A stretch of DNA of 63,247 nucleotides, counting the filler, from Rhabdomonas costata (taxonomy: Eukaryota): the NCBI GenBank assembly GCA_019059605.1. It is 35 parts of 35 records of this genome, joined end to end, with 100 filler letters (N's around TTAATTAATTAA, not from the genome) between each part and the next. Parts side by side here need not be neighbours in the genome. Positions count along the whole stretch, not along the records: positions 1 to 1,710 come from JAHMHO010010241.1; positions 1,811 to 3,521 come from JAHMHO010010242.1; positions 3,622 to 5,328 come from JAHMHO010010243.1; positions 5,429 to 7,139 come from JAHMHO010010244.1; positions 7,240 to 8,946 come from JAHMHO010010245.1; positions 9,047 to 10,757 come from JAHMHO010010246.1; positions 10,858 to 12,568 come from JAHMHO010010247.1; 28 more parts are not named here. One strand, written 5' to 3'. The position numbers and the translations under genes were made by a program. Below are positions 1-11,385 of this stretch, piece by piece. The notes beneath the pieces are model-generated. The model was not told where the DNA came from. It searched no databases and saw only the letters and a program-made list of their open reading frames with translations. Within the stretch, counting starts at the first letter, position 1. Every line of letters begins with the position of its first letter.

Positions 1-2
1 TT

Positions 3-1143
3 GTTGTGGGCACGTCGCAGTCGCAGATGCAGCTCCGCTACCGGGTCGTTGTCTCGTCCGACACGGCGGCGATGGGTGTCGTCCCTGTGCGGGCGTGGTT
101 GACGCCAGAGGGCCGTGTCAACCGGGGCTCCCTGGTCTTCCAGTTTGCCTCCAAAGGTGCTGCGCACCTTTTGTTTCTTCTGTAATTTTCCGTGTAACCT
201 TTTGGGGACATTTGCAATTTATGCAATTTCTGCACCTTTTTTGTAACCTTCAGATATTAGGGAGATGACTGTCTCGAGGAAGGGAAGTGGGAGGCTGATG
301 GGGATACGATTTGATTCGGTCCCGAAACTTTGCCCTGTTTGCTGGTCTCAGAAACGGATGCTCTGGACTGTGGGATTGGGCCCTGCTGTGTTGGTTGGAC
401 AACCTGATTATGATTGCTTGTCATTGATTGCTGTTCATTTTATATCGTCCTTTTCGTTCATCGCTCAAGCAGAAGGAACCGCAACCTACCAGGAACGAAC
501 GCAGCTATTTTGGAGGAGGTGCCTCGGTGCCTTGATTGCTTCCGGGATGTGTGTCCAGATGCCAGCGGACGGTCGGAGTGGGCGCACGCGATGAGCTTTG
601 AGGCCTTCGCGTTCGACCTCTCTCGCATCCTCGCCAACATCAACTCGATGAAGTCAACTCGGTGTCTCCGAGACCTACCGCTGTTCTTTCGTTTTTGGTC
701 CTTGTATGGTTTTTGGTTTTTTTTCCGGGTCGAATGCGTACTGTAGTGTTGCGGTGCATGCGAACCTTCGAAGTGAAGGAATGGGACAGGCTGTCAGCAA
801 AGTTTTGGTAAATCGTCATTCTTTGATGTCGTTGTGTTGTGATGAAACATAGGAAGCCTATTTCAGTGTTCCCTTTCCTGCAACCCGCAGAATTGAGCGC
901 GACGCATTGGTTCTGAACGAGAATGTCAAGCAAGTCCTCGAGGTGGAGATGCAGTCCACGGGTCAGGGCGTGCTCTTCCAGCTCACTCGCGGCTGGGAGT
1001 GTATCGGGGTAGCCCTGACACCGGGGCAGATTGTACTGCTGCAGAGCCTTTTCCGCTACGCCATCCCCAGGCTGTCCGCGATGGACGCCCAGTTGGACAG
1101 CTCCAACCACCCTCATAGGATGGACATTGTCCGGAAATCCTAG
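3..1143 (+). CDS. Whirly-family (ssDNA/RNA-binding, Whirly/MRP fold) protein, 5'-partial, 3 exons
   Basis: Exons <3-156, 559-661 and 891-1143, with phase-compatible GT-AG introns 157-558 and 662-890. Spliced product: ..YRVVVSSDTAAMGVVP..RGSLVFQFASKDASGRSEWAHAMSF..DLSRIL..KQVLEVEMQSTGQGVLFQL..IGVALTPGQIVLLQSLFRYAIPRL. It follows the plant Whirly motif order (AALTVEP / GFVLLQFA / YDWSRKQVF / RKVLKVEP..GSGHFFNL / IPVT..EFAVL..FNFVLPYL), compared from memory. Confidence 0.72.
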
Positions 1144-1710
1144 GCTGCTGCGACCTCTGCGTTTGGTAGACTGAACGACCTCTTGTTTTTTTTTACCACG
1201 TAATGTGCATCTGCCCTGTTCTGCCATTCTTGTGACCTTCGATATTCGGCATTTGTGGAGCTGCTTCATTGGACTCCTTCCTCTGGATTACCTAAAGCTC
1301 CCGGAACAGAAGTGCTTGTTTCACAAAAGATATTTTGTTAAGGCTAGTTACACCCAAAGGTGAGGTGGAAGTCTTTTTAGCCTGTATTTATGGTGTTTTG
1401 CCACGCCACTTTTCATGCACTGGTCCTCGTGGCGTGGTTAAAACTCTTGGTTAAAACTCTGTTTTCGGTGTTTTCGGGCCTTCGCAACATATACAACAAC
1501 TTTGTGATGGCGAGGAAGAAGGTTTGTCCCGTTTAGCTCTAAGTTATGCCATTGGAAAAGGTTTGACCTGTTGTAGCGGGGGCATTGATCTGCTGATTTC
1601 TTGATAGTCAATGTTGGAGAGAAATAAACTTGTCATCTACAGCATGTGTTGTGGTGTTTCGCCCACCTCAGGTTCAATATTTCGCCTTGTTTGGTCATTC
1701 ACCCCCAACC

Positions 1711-1810
1711 NNNNNNNNNNNNNNNNNNNNNNNNNNNNNNNNNNNNNNNNNNNNTTAATTAATTAANNNNNNNNNNNNNNNNNNNNNNNNNNNNNNNNNN
1801 NNNNNNNNNN
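1711..1810. other. Artificial contig-joining spacer (44 N + TTAATTAATTAA + 44 N); first of 34
   Basis: The same 100-bp spacer, with stops in all six frames, also starts at 3522, 5329, 7140, 8947, 10758, 12569, 14380, 16191, 18001, 19810, 21621, 23431, 25242, 27052, 28862, 30672, 32482, 34292, 36102, 37911, 39721, 41531, 43341, 45151, 46961, 48770, 50579, 52388, 54199, 56008, 57817, 59629 and 61438. The intervening contigs are all about 1,710 bp. Confidence 0.99.
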
Positions 1811-1904
1811 TGTTGTGGGGAAACAGATGGGAATTTTGAGCAGCGGAGAGAGTGGTGGTGATTTTTCTTATGGGGTGTGAGGAGGGAATGTGTGTGGTGT
1901 GGTA

Positions 1905-2447
1905 ATGGCCGAACCAGAATGGGCTCTGGAAGACCGAGAGGCCGAGGGAAAAGTTTATGTGGATCTCATGACAAGTTATCGTCATCCCGCGTTCGCCGAC
2001 ATTTTAACTCTCTTAAAGCGAGCGCTCCCGCTCCTGCGAAGGGCAATGAACGTCATCGCAAAAGCTGGTCCAGTTCAAACAAAGGTTCAAACAAAGGCGC
2101 AGGAGAGACACTCGCTGCAAATCACGGATAACGCCATTGAGGAACCGGCGCAGGGCGGAGTTCTGTATTTATCGCTTCTCACTGAGCGAAAGGATATAAG
2201 GAAGTGTCATTTTACTCAGTCCCACAGATCACCATTCCTGCCTATCTCGCTTTGGTGGACCTGTTGATGCGGTGGGATGTAGTGGTAAGGTCGGATTGTG
2301 TTTCGCAGTGGGTGGAAGCACTTGTACGGGATAACCAAAGACCCTGGCGTCCCTGCCTCCGGGGATGACCTCATCTTTGACCGCGGCAGCACGGAGACTT
2401 ATGCCCGTGTGCGGGCCAACCTGATCTCTCAGCTTGCGCGGATGTGA
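1905..2447 (+). CDS. Hypothetical protein, 2 putative exons
   Basis: Exon about 1905-2164 (MAEPEWALEDREAEGK..GGVL), GT-AG intron 2165-2308, terminal exon 2309-2447 (GWKHLYGITKDPG..RANLISQLARM*). Phases are compatible and codons are coding-like; no recognised domain. Confidence 0.4.
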
Positions 2448-2940
2448 CGGGGACATGTGTCGTAGAGAGGTGATAGCTTCGTTGACGAAGCTGCAACCTT
2501 CAATTTCCTGCCTCTTCGTGCTGTAGTGTTCTGGCTTGGCCTTGATGCGGTGTGGCATCCGGAGCAGTCGATTTGCGCTTCTTGCTTTTTGATTTGCGAA
2601 GCAGAACCTCATAATTTTATAGCAGACTTCTCTCCCATCGGCAGGCTTCAGTATTGCTTCGAGAGGATTGTTTGTTTCCTATTACATGCATATTTTTATA
2701 CTCGGTTTTAGATAGAAGATAATTGGGTTTGTTCAGATGGGTGGGAAATGATAAGCACCCTGCCGCAGGTGAAAATTTCGTGGAGCCCCTTCCTGGTCCA
2801 CATCAATCGTCTGTTTTTGTTGCCGGTATGCTGGGTTTTATGCTTCTTTTTTTTTGTTTCCCCTGCGCTGTTTTTCAACCAGAGCCATACGTCTTTCTTC
2901 TTTCATCTTTGCTCCTGTGGCATGCATGTTTGTCGGTGGC

Positions 2941-3107
2941 ATGCATCCATTGATGCCGCTGCTATGTTCTGTGGTGTGCGCTGCCTTGGGGGTGCTCCCC
3001 GCCAGTGCCTTTCACGTCGAACTTGTGAACCTATCGAGCAGCTATGTTGCGGGCCAGAACTTCACGCTGAGCTTCGTCGGAACCTCGCTAGACCCGATCT
3101 TAGACAG
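2941..3107 (+). CDS. First exon of a putative secreted/surface protein
   Basis: MHPLMPLLCSVVCAALGVLPASA/FHVELVNLSSSYVAGQNFTLSFVG.. has a signal-peptide-like N-terminus and N-glycosylation sequons, and ends at an AG|GTTGAG donor. Confidence 0.4.
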
Positions 3108-3621
3108 GTTGAGGCCCAGTCTGACAAGAAAGGAAGCTTCCCCATCCACACTCATTTTTGCAAATGATCGCGTTCGTAAGTTTGCATGTACCTCTGCTTT
3201 TGTACCTGTCTTGTTACAGGTGCGTGTTGTGTGCTCAAGCTTTCGTTGGTGTTGCCCTGAGGTGGAACTCTTGGAAAGGAAAGCTCTTGCGCGCGGGTGT
3301 TTGTGTGTCGGGCAAGAACATTGGGCGAGCGCAGAGGGTTAGTGCTCCGGTATAATGCGCCATAGAGGTTTCCCACGAACCTCCGCCCAAAAACGGAGGG
3401 GTGATCCGCACCCGGAGAAGGGGCCAGGCAGCAGAAGAGCATTTGGAGCCCCCTGGAGGCAGAAAATGACCTCCACCAAACCCACCCAACACACCCCCCC
3501 CACCCCAAACACCCCAACACCNNNNNNNNNNNNNNNNNNNNNNNNNNNNNNNNNNNNNNNNNNNNTTAATTAATTAANNNNNNNNNNNNNNNNNNNNNNN
3601 NNNNNNNNNNNNNNNNNNNNN

Positions 3622-3820
3622 CGGCCGCGTCTCGCAAGGCGATGCTGGGCAGGCAGTGCTTCTGAGCAGGAATCCGGGCACGGCAGATGGGGCAGGACTT
3701 CAGGCTAGGGACGTGGGTGAGACAAACCGAGTGCCCGCAAGGAAAGGTGGTCGGTAAATGTCTCCCCGCGTCGAAGGTGCTCAGGCAGACGCAGCACTCA
3801 AAGGGGTCAGAACCGGACAT
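3622..3820 (-). CDS. RING-finger protein (probable E3 ubiquitin ligase), N-terminus, 3'-partial
   Basis: MSGSDPFECCVCLSTFD..LPTTFPCGHSVCLTHVPSLKSCPICR shows RING ligand spacing C-x2-C..C-x-H-x2-C-x2-H..C-x2-C. The ORF runs off the contig end. Confidence 0.85.
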
Positions 3821-6228
3821 CCTGGCTGCACACGGAACAAACGGCTGCGAGGGCGTGCAGGCGGTTCGCGCAATGTGAAGATACCAAAGGCAAGAAAGTC
3901 ACCCGGCAGTATATTTTGTCCTCTTGGCTGATGCAGGACAAGGCTGTGCACAAAGAAGCTAGGTGGAAACAACCCCAAAAAGCAGAACCGCTGAGGGCAA
4001 GCAACCAGGGAGTCCAGTGATCACAAAGAAACTTCCATGCCTCCGAGAGTCACAGAATAGTAACAGGTGTCTCTGAGTTATGAGTCATGAAGCCGGAAAC
4101 CAGAAGCCATCATGCAAATTCCACATTTCCGGGATTGTTTTGCGGAATAGAGTGAGGTAATATGATAATCAGTGGAGGTAATCCCAAAAGAAACAACACA
4201 AAAAGCATGCATTACCATCCCAATCCCACAGAATTATTGTCGTTCACACAATTACTGACGGGGGCCACTAGCCGCCTTCTTTCACCGCCGCCCTCCCACC
4301 TTGGGGCAAAAACCAGCAACACATAGAACACATCCCTCAGAGAGGAATGGCGAGCGGTTGCGACCACCATCAACCAAAAAAAAGAAGGGGGGGGCCACGG
4401 AGCTCATCGCCGAAGCAAATCACCCTGGCACAGGAAATTTTGCTGCCCCCAAGAAGCAAAAAAGCGGACTTGCGAGTAGCGGTCGACAAGCCGGGAAAAA
4501 AGGAGGCAACACGGAAGATCGCCACAGTCCGTCAGTGAACACTACTGTCACATTATACCGCACATACGCAACCCAGCGTTTCCGAAGCGAGGGCATGCGA
4601 CAGACTGAACGTTTTTTTGTGAAAGCGGCCGGCTATCTACTCTAAAGCACACCAAAAAAAAACACGCGCGAAACACAACCGCAAATACGATCACGGCATT
4701 GCCCGACGGGCAACGGCAACATGAACTGACCTTCGCACAAACGCCAAGGAGTATGGACAAAAGAAGAAAGGAAAGTACATAAAGCGAAAAGCCTAACAAA
4801 GGACGGTCTCACTTTGTCTTGGCCAGAATTGGCCGAATCATGCCCATGGCAAGCAGTTTCTTCAGATGGATCACGGACTCCGAGAGCGACGCGCAAGGAA
4901 GCATCCTGCATTACAATCACACAAGGGTCACCGCACAAACCAGGAAGGTGATGGTACAGGCACGACCAGTTCTTCTTCTTTCAGCTGTAATTGCCTTCAC
5001 ACTGATGTGGCAAGTTACGATGTAACCGCAAGCAGTAATGCTCCGAAAACAACCCTTCTCACCCTTTTCTTTTCTTTAGGGCCACAGTTGCCTGTGCGAC
5101 CAGCACACACTGAGGAGAGTAGATGGCTCCTCCTCCTCTCATCGCAATCCAGGAAATCGCTGTAACCACGAAGCACGACAACATACTCCTAATTGCCACA
5201 CTCCAATGTCGTGAATGGCGCAACCGAAATGTCCGCCATCACGAATCCAAACTTCGAATCCATACGCGCCCCGTCACACCAGCACTGTGCCCGAAGGATC
5301 GAAATTGCAAAATGCAAAAAAAAAAAACNNNNNNNNNNNNNNNNNNNNNNNNNNNNNNNNNNNNNNNNNNNNTTAATTAATTAANNNNNNNNNNNNNNNN
5401 NNNNNNNNNNNNNNNNNNNNNNNNNNNNCCGAACTTCCCCCGTGAAAGTGGGAGGCCAGATGCCCGATTGGGGAGACCGGAGTCTGGAGTAGTCGCAAAA
5501 TTCGAGATGGTGGGTGAGTAACGTCACAAACAGACACACGAGGCATTCGTCTTAACTGCCCTCCCGAGTTTATGGTAACTGTGCTGCTTTCCACCTGTTT
5601 TGCTTTTGAACATCACACCCCTCGTTAGTTTGCTGCAATTTCCCGCAAGTCTTTTCCTCGCGGAAAGGACTAAAACAGTGTGCAAATCTGACCTGGAATT
5701 ACAGGAGGTTCAGGAGAGCAAAAGGTCTCACTTTGTCAATCATGTCAGCGTGGCGGCTTCTTGTGCATTTGTAAGCCTATAAGTTCAGATTACTTATTCT
5801 ACCCAATGTACCAATGGATCACCTCAGCTATCGTTTTTGCCTTTCCTTTTTTTTTTGACTCGCTGCTGTGCTGATCAGGAGGACAGAATGAGAAGGGTGG
5901 GATGAAAGGGAGTGAGTCAGTGATCACGTTTGGTGCCCAACAAAAACAATTATGCCTCCCGTGGCACACAAGCACAGCCATCAGTGCATTTGATGTTGGT
6001 GGCCGTCTCCTGAGGTGAGGCACGGATTTCGGAGAATTTTACAGATTGTGTTTTGCTTTCAATAAGCACGTATGGCTGCAGGCTGCACTGCGGCCTGCTA
6101 TGCATTATAAGGCGGGGACAGCCCAACGCCTCTGCCTTTTTGAGGTCAGAGTGTGTGCACGTGTGTTACCACCAGTTTGCGCGCGCATGTCCCGCTGTGG
6201 ACCTGATGTGTGCGAGCGCGTGTCATTT

Positions 6229-6720
6229 TTACATTGGCGACCTGGCCACCGAGGCAGCGGAAGAGGGTCGGCCACCCACGGGGACTACTCGCCGGTGACG
6301 GACCACAGGTCTGGGCCCTTCAGAGGAACCCTGTCCCTCTTCCAAGGCACCCTTTCGGCTCTGCGGTGCACATCAACACACACAGAGCAATCGGAAAGCG
6401 ACTTTGTGATAGGAGTGATGATGCATCTGGGATGGGCAACGGTTGTTTACGGATTCCCCTCCGCCCCCATTCCACTATGTTCGAATCAAATGGTCTCGAC
6501 AAGAAGCAGCTGCGCTTACGGGTGGGCTTTGGCGCTTTGCGTGACTGGAAGGTGTTAATTTTTTCCACTCTGCATCAATCCGTGCACAAGGTGTGCAAAC
6601 GGGGAAGGGAGGAAGGAGAGCCAACCTCCTCCTCGGGCTTTTCCCTCGAGAACACGACTGGCGCAGGAGTGCGGGAAGCTCGCCTGGCCCTGGCAGGCAC
6701 CACCGCGTCAGTGGAACCGC
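6229..6720 (-). CDS. Hypothetical protein, two 3'-terminal exons (low complexity)
   Basis: Exons 6720-6626 and 6360-6229 (ending TAA) have CAG acceptors, a GT donor and a phase-0 join: ..REKPEEE|SRKGALEEG..ARSPM*. No recognised domain. Confidence 0.35.
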
Positions 6721-7438
6721 CTGAGAGACCAAGGTTAAGAAAGGAGCGCCGACTTATTTTTAGCCAGCAGAGAAACGGAAGGCCCCCCTCCTCGGTGCCC
6801 ATATGAAGCACATGCAGGTACAAGACAAGCCCCCAAAAGCATGCCGAGCAAGACCAAGAATGAGTGTGGACGTGACTGCAGCAGAAGGCGATGACAGCAG
6901 ACGATGGATGCGTCTCTATAGCCAAACGGCACTCCATGTGTCATTTGAACCCAAGTTCTTCGCAGGAAAGAGCCCTTCCGTGGGGCAATTTCATACAAGG
7001 GACGACAAAGAGAGGGCATTTACCCGCATCGCCAAAAGCCAATGAAGCGGGCAGTTGGCCCTCGGAGTGAAGTGTTCACTTGAGTGCCCAGCACGCGATC
7101 ACAAACGAATTTCATTTGCGGGGTATCCCCCCACCCCCCNNNNNNNNNNNNNNNNNNNNNNNNNNNNNNNNNNNNNNNNNNNNTTAATTAATTAANNNNN
7201 NNNNNNNNNNNNNNNNNNNNNNNNNNNNNNNNNNNNNNNGTTTTGTTTGTGGCGCCTCTATTTTTGTACGTGTGGCTGAAAACAAGGTAGACGATGTCGC
7301 ATAGAGGTGGTGATACATGTGTCGCCTAAAACAGCACAGAACATGTGAAGATGTGGCATGGGGTTGGGATGTGGAACGTGGCCCTTCGCGCAACACACCC
7401 TTAGTGCATTCATATCTGGGTTGGTGGGTTCACTTCAG

Positions 7439-8544
7439 GTTTACTCCTTTGGGAGCAATGGGGACTTTTCCTTTGAGACTGAGCTCCTGGCTGTGGCCCC
7501 TCAGTGCGAGGTTCACACCTTTGACCCCGGGGACTTCGTTGCGCGGGTATGCTCTCCGCGGAAATGTGGTGCCAGAGTTTCCTCCGCCGTGTCATGACCT
7601 TTGTCGTTTGTTTCGCCTCCCATATGTTTCCTCTCTTGGCTAACAGGAACAGGTATGCTTCTCTGTGCCGCACTCCCCAAGAGCGCCCACGCACTTCGTG
7701 GTGAGCTGTGAATCACCCACACGTGCAAAAATAGAGGCGCCACACCAAAAACCAGGACCCGACATCGGAAAATGGAGTGGGGGGCAGAATGAAAGCGATT
7801 GTCAGAATCTGTATGCAGGGCAGTGCACGCGGGCAGAGCACGCAGAGCACCTACTGTCTCATGACTCCCGTCTGCGAAGAGCCTGTTGGTCTCGATGAGA
7901 AACACACCGGAAGGTCCAGCGAAGGTCCAACTTGCACGTGCATTCCATCGTACTGTCCTGCCAGGGCACCATCGAACACGCATATATGCATTTTTATATG
8001 TATTTTATGTATTTTTTATTCTCACTCTCTGTTGCACCATTCCCAATCCTAGCCCAAGACGCACTCGCATATGCACTCATTCACGCCGCGAAAGGCTCCG
8101 AAGAACCTCAACGTGTCCTACCACAAGTGGGGGCTGAGCCTCAACACCAACCCCCCGCTGTACCCCCTGCGCACCATCCTGCGAAACCTCGGCCATGACC
8201 ACGTAGACGTCCTGAAGGTCGACGTGGAGGGGGTGGAGCTAGACATCTTCCCCGACATCTTCAGCAATCCCCGCCACCACGTCGGCATCGGCCCCGTCGG
8301 GGTTCTGCTGTTGGAGTTGCATGGCTTCCATCCTGTGAACGGGTCTATGCTCAACATCAGCGTTCCTGTGATGCGAAAGTATGTCCTTAGGCTTCGAGCG
8401 GAGATGCTTGCCGCGGGGTTTCTGTTGTACCATGTGGAACCCAACCCCAACTCCCCACTGGCCACGGAGGTGGCATACGTCAACATGAGCGCCCTACCCA
8501 TAACCATCCGGCCCCCCTGCAGGATTCCCCATCCTAAGACATGA
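7439..8544 (+). CDS. SAM-dependent methyltransferase, METTL24/Methyltransf_22 (FkbM-like), last two exons
   Basis: Exon 7439-7546 VYSFGSNGDFSFETELL..CEVHTFDP; intron 7547-8094 (GTATGC..AAG); exon 8095-8544 ..LRTILRNLGHDHVDVLKVDVEGVE..LLLELHG..GFLLYHVEPN..EVAYVN. These are the hallmark motifs of the family. Confidence 0.88.
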
Positions 8545-9046
8545 GAAGCGCCGGACCTTTGTCGGCTGACTGTGACCGTTGAGCGTCTTGTCTCTCAAGG
8601 ACAATGGCTTAGTGGATGCGGTTTAGGGCGGTTTGTGTGTTTGTGTACTTGCAGTTTTTTCTCTTTGGGTTGCGCTTGCTTTATCCTCCAAGCCGCACCT
8701 GAAAAGGGGGCGGGTCATTGTTTTAATACCAATTAACGGTTGTGGGTTGGTGGGTTGGTGAGTTGGAGGCCAAGTAGGGCGAAGCCGAAGCAGGCCTGTA
8801 TTCTTGAGTCTGTACAGCAGGTATTTCTGGGTGGGTTGGAGCAGGTAGCTCTGCCCGCCCCCATAAAGGGGGGGGCACTCCATAGGGCTTCTGGACCCCG
8901 TCTTTGTGACGTACAGAGCGATAGGAAAAGCCAAGAGGTTGAAGCTNNNNNNNNNNNNNNNNNNNNNNNNNNNNNNNNNNNNNNNNNNNNTTAATTAATT
9001 AANNNNNNNNNNNNNNNNNNNNNNNNNNNNNNNNNNNNNNNNNNNN

Positions 9047-10757
9047 ATAAGTATGGGAGGGCGCGAGGAGAGCTGAAATCAGTTATGCGGAGATACAAAT
9101 CTCTTTAGCTATACAAGACAAAGAAAACGGCCCTTGCGGGGATCTACTCTCAGCTTCGCCTTCCCTCAAAAACACTGCAAGCAGGGGAGGCGGCATTGTC
9201 ACCGCAGCTGCTCTCCAAAGTCGACTGACGCGAGAAGGAATCCCATTACAATATCAAGCCCCAGGGGCCCAAAGTTGTCCCTCCTCTCAAGCCCTCCACG
9301 CCACAGCAATGCTCTGCCAAAGGAGAACGGTACCGGACACAGGGGGAACAGCAGCAGCTTTCACCACCGCGGCGGAGGCCGCAGACCGCGTGCAGGTCCA
9401 CCCCTCTGCAAAAAAAAACACAGCACGGCATCCAGCACGCCCAACCCTCGCCCCCTTCTCCCATTCCTCTGGGGGCACTTCTCGCGAAAACGGAAAACAA
9501 AACAGGGGACCAATGGGGTGGCAGGCGGAGTGAAGTTCCATGTGTGCTGCCGTTTGGACGTTCCCTTCCACTCCGTGAGGTGATTTGTTTGTGCGCGCTG
9601 TCGGTGTCTGGCTCCAAGCTCCCCTTTGTCCGGGAGAAGTGTCCCAGGAGCCCCCACAAAGGAAGCCATGGGGTGAGGGGTATGCTCAGCCTCGGCCGCA
9701 GTGCACGGCCCGGCGTCCTCCCCACGGCGCCTTGGCGCGCACAGGAAGCAGCGCGAGACACCCCTCTCGTGGGACCTTGAGCACGGGGTGAGCGTGCACC
9801 TTTTCCCTTTTCTCCGTCAAAGAGCAGTATGATGATTGATTATGGGAGTCTCCAGACGGGCAGCCATAGGCCGCGCCCGGTGTACGCCACCCGGACATTC
9901 TTTTTCTTGTCATCCATCTTTCGGGTAGGCCATTACACATTATCTGCCTTTCTTCTTTCAGCTTTCTGAAAGTTTAAAAAGGAATCCGTGGTTCATATGT
10001 AGGGCAGAAGGATGAGCGTTCTGGTGGCAGGGAGGGAGGGGGTGGGGGCTGCACACCTTCCGGATCGCAAGGGACACAAAGCCCCTTCAGAGGCAAGCAC
10101 GCCTTGATGCAGTCATTCACTTCCAGCATGCAGGAACTGCCTGCAAGAAAAAATATCAGCAGCAGCAGCAACAACAACAACAGCAGACTCTGTTTGAAAC
10201 GCCCAAACCCCTTCAGGAGGCACACTTGCCCCCATAAACTGCCCCCCTCAGGTCCAGCTAAACTCTCGGTGTTGTAGGGGAGTCGGGTTCAGTGGGAGCG
10301 ACACAGAGAGTTCTGCGACTTCACAGGAAATGCGGAGGAATGTTCTTGGACCAAAATGCCGGGGAATTCTCGTTTTGGACTTTTCATGTACCTCGATGTG
10401 AACCAAAAGGAGGGTTGCAGGTGCAGTTCTACAGGTGGCCCGGGCAAGGGCGATCGAAAAGCGAGCTCAACGATGGGTTCGAGCGAAGCAAGATAGCAAA
10501 CGCTTCTCCTCTAGGGGAAAGAGTCCCGCAGCAAAACGAAAATGGTTTCGCTTGGGCTCACAACCCGGTGCTCACATTGAGGTGGGCACCGCCTGGCCCA
10601 CACAATCATAAGAATAAGAATCGGCGTTTTATAAGTATGGGAGGGCGCGAGGAGAGCTGAAATCAGTTATGCGGAGATACAAATCTCTTTAGCTATACAA
10701 GACAAAGAAAACGGCCCTTGCGGGGATCTACTCTCAGCTTCGCCTTCCCTCAAAAAC
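9047..10757. repeat. Contig with identical 127-bp terminal direct repeat (circular molecule or collapsed 1,584-bp tandem repeat unit)
   Basis: 9047-9173 is identical to 10631-10757. A 127-bp overlap is the signature of a k=127 de Bruijn loop. No convincing CDS inside. Confidence 0.9.
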
Positions 10758-11109
10758 NNNNNNNNNNNNNNNNNNNNNNNNNNNNNNNNNNNNNNNNNNN
10801 NTTAATTAATTAANNNNNNNNNNNNNNNNNNNNNNNNNNNNNNNNNNNNNNNNNNNNTGTGGTTTTGTGCGCTCTAAACGGGTGTGCGTAAAGTTTGGTG
10901 GGTGGATTTTGACATAAATCAAATTCTACAATTTGATTATTGGTCTTTCTTTGGGGCCTAGCCTGCCCCAAATCTTTTGCCGTTCACCCGCGCATGTCCA
11001 ATCGGTCTCGCAACCTCGTTGGGTGGTCGTGGCTCTTTGGCCTTTTGCTCGGGTGAAAACTCCCTGGTATACGCCTGCTTTCTGGACGAATGTGAACCGT
11101 GATCAAAAG

Positions 11110-11385
11110 AACGTGTTGGAGAGGAACAGGAGCGAGAACATGAACGAAGTGAATGTGAACGAATTGTGACGTCGGGAGGAACATGAGCGTAGCGAATGTG
11201 ACGAACAAGACAAGGATGAGCGTAGCGACGACACGACAAGACAGGAACATGAGGAACATGAACGCGGTGAATGTGACGAACCATCACCCGGAGGAACATG
11301 AGCGTAGCGAATGTGACGGCATAAAAAAAGGAGGAACGTAGCGACGACCAACATCATCGGAAGGAACATGAACATGAGAACATGG
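11110..11385. repeat. Degenerate short tandem repeats (GAACATGAGCGTAGCGAATGTGACG-like)
   Basis: Motifs gaacatga, gcgtagcga and aatgtgacg recur many times. The minus strand reads as an eroded Ser/Arg-rich tract (SSHSPRSCSS..SSHSLRSCSS). Confidence 0.65.

Noticed and set aside
254..518. Two extra phase-compatible mini-exons (254-318, 473-518) in the Whirly-like gene
   Set aside because: They would insert 37 aa into a short loop, whereas the direct 156^559 join matches Whirly spacing. They cannot be fully excluded without transcripts.
9829..9969. Box C (ATGATGA) and box D (CTGA) snoRNA candidate
   Set aside because: The 141-nt span has no evident terminal stem or recognisable rRNA guide, and such short motifs arise by chance.
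10045..10070. Minus-strand GATCCGGAAGGTGTGCAGC resembling SRP RNA helix 8
   Set aside because: It lacks the conserved symmetric-loop bases and the surrounding SRP structure.
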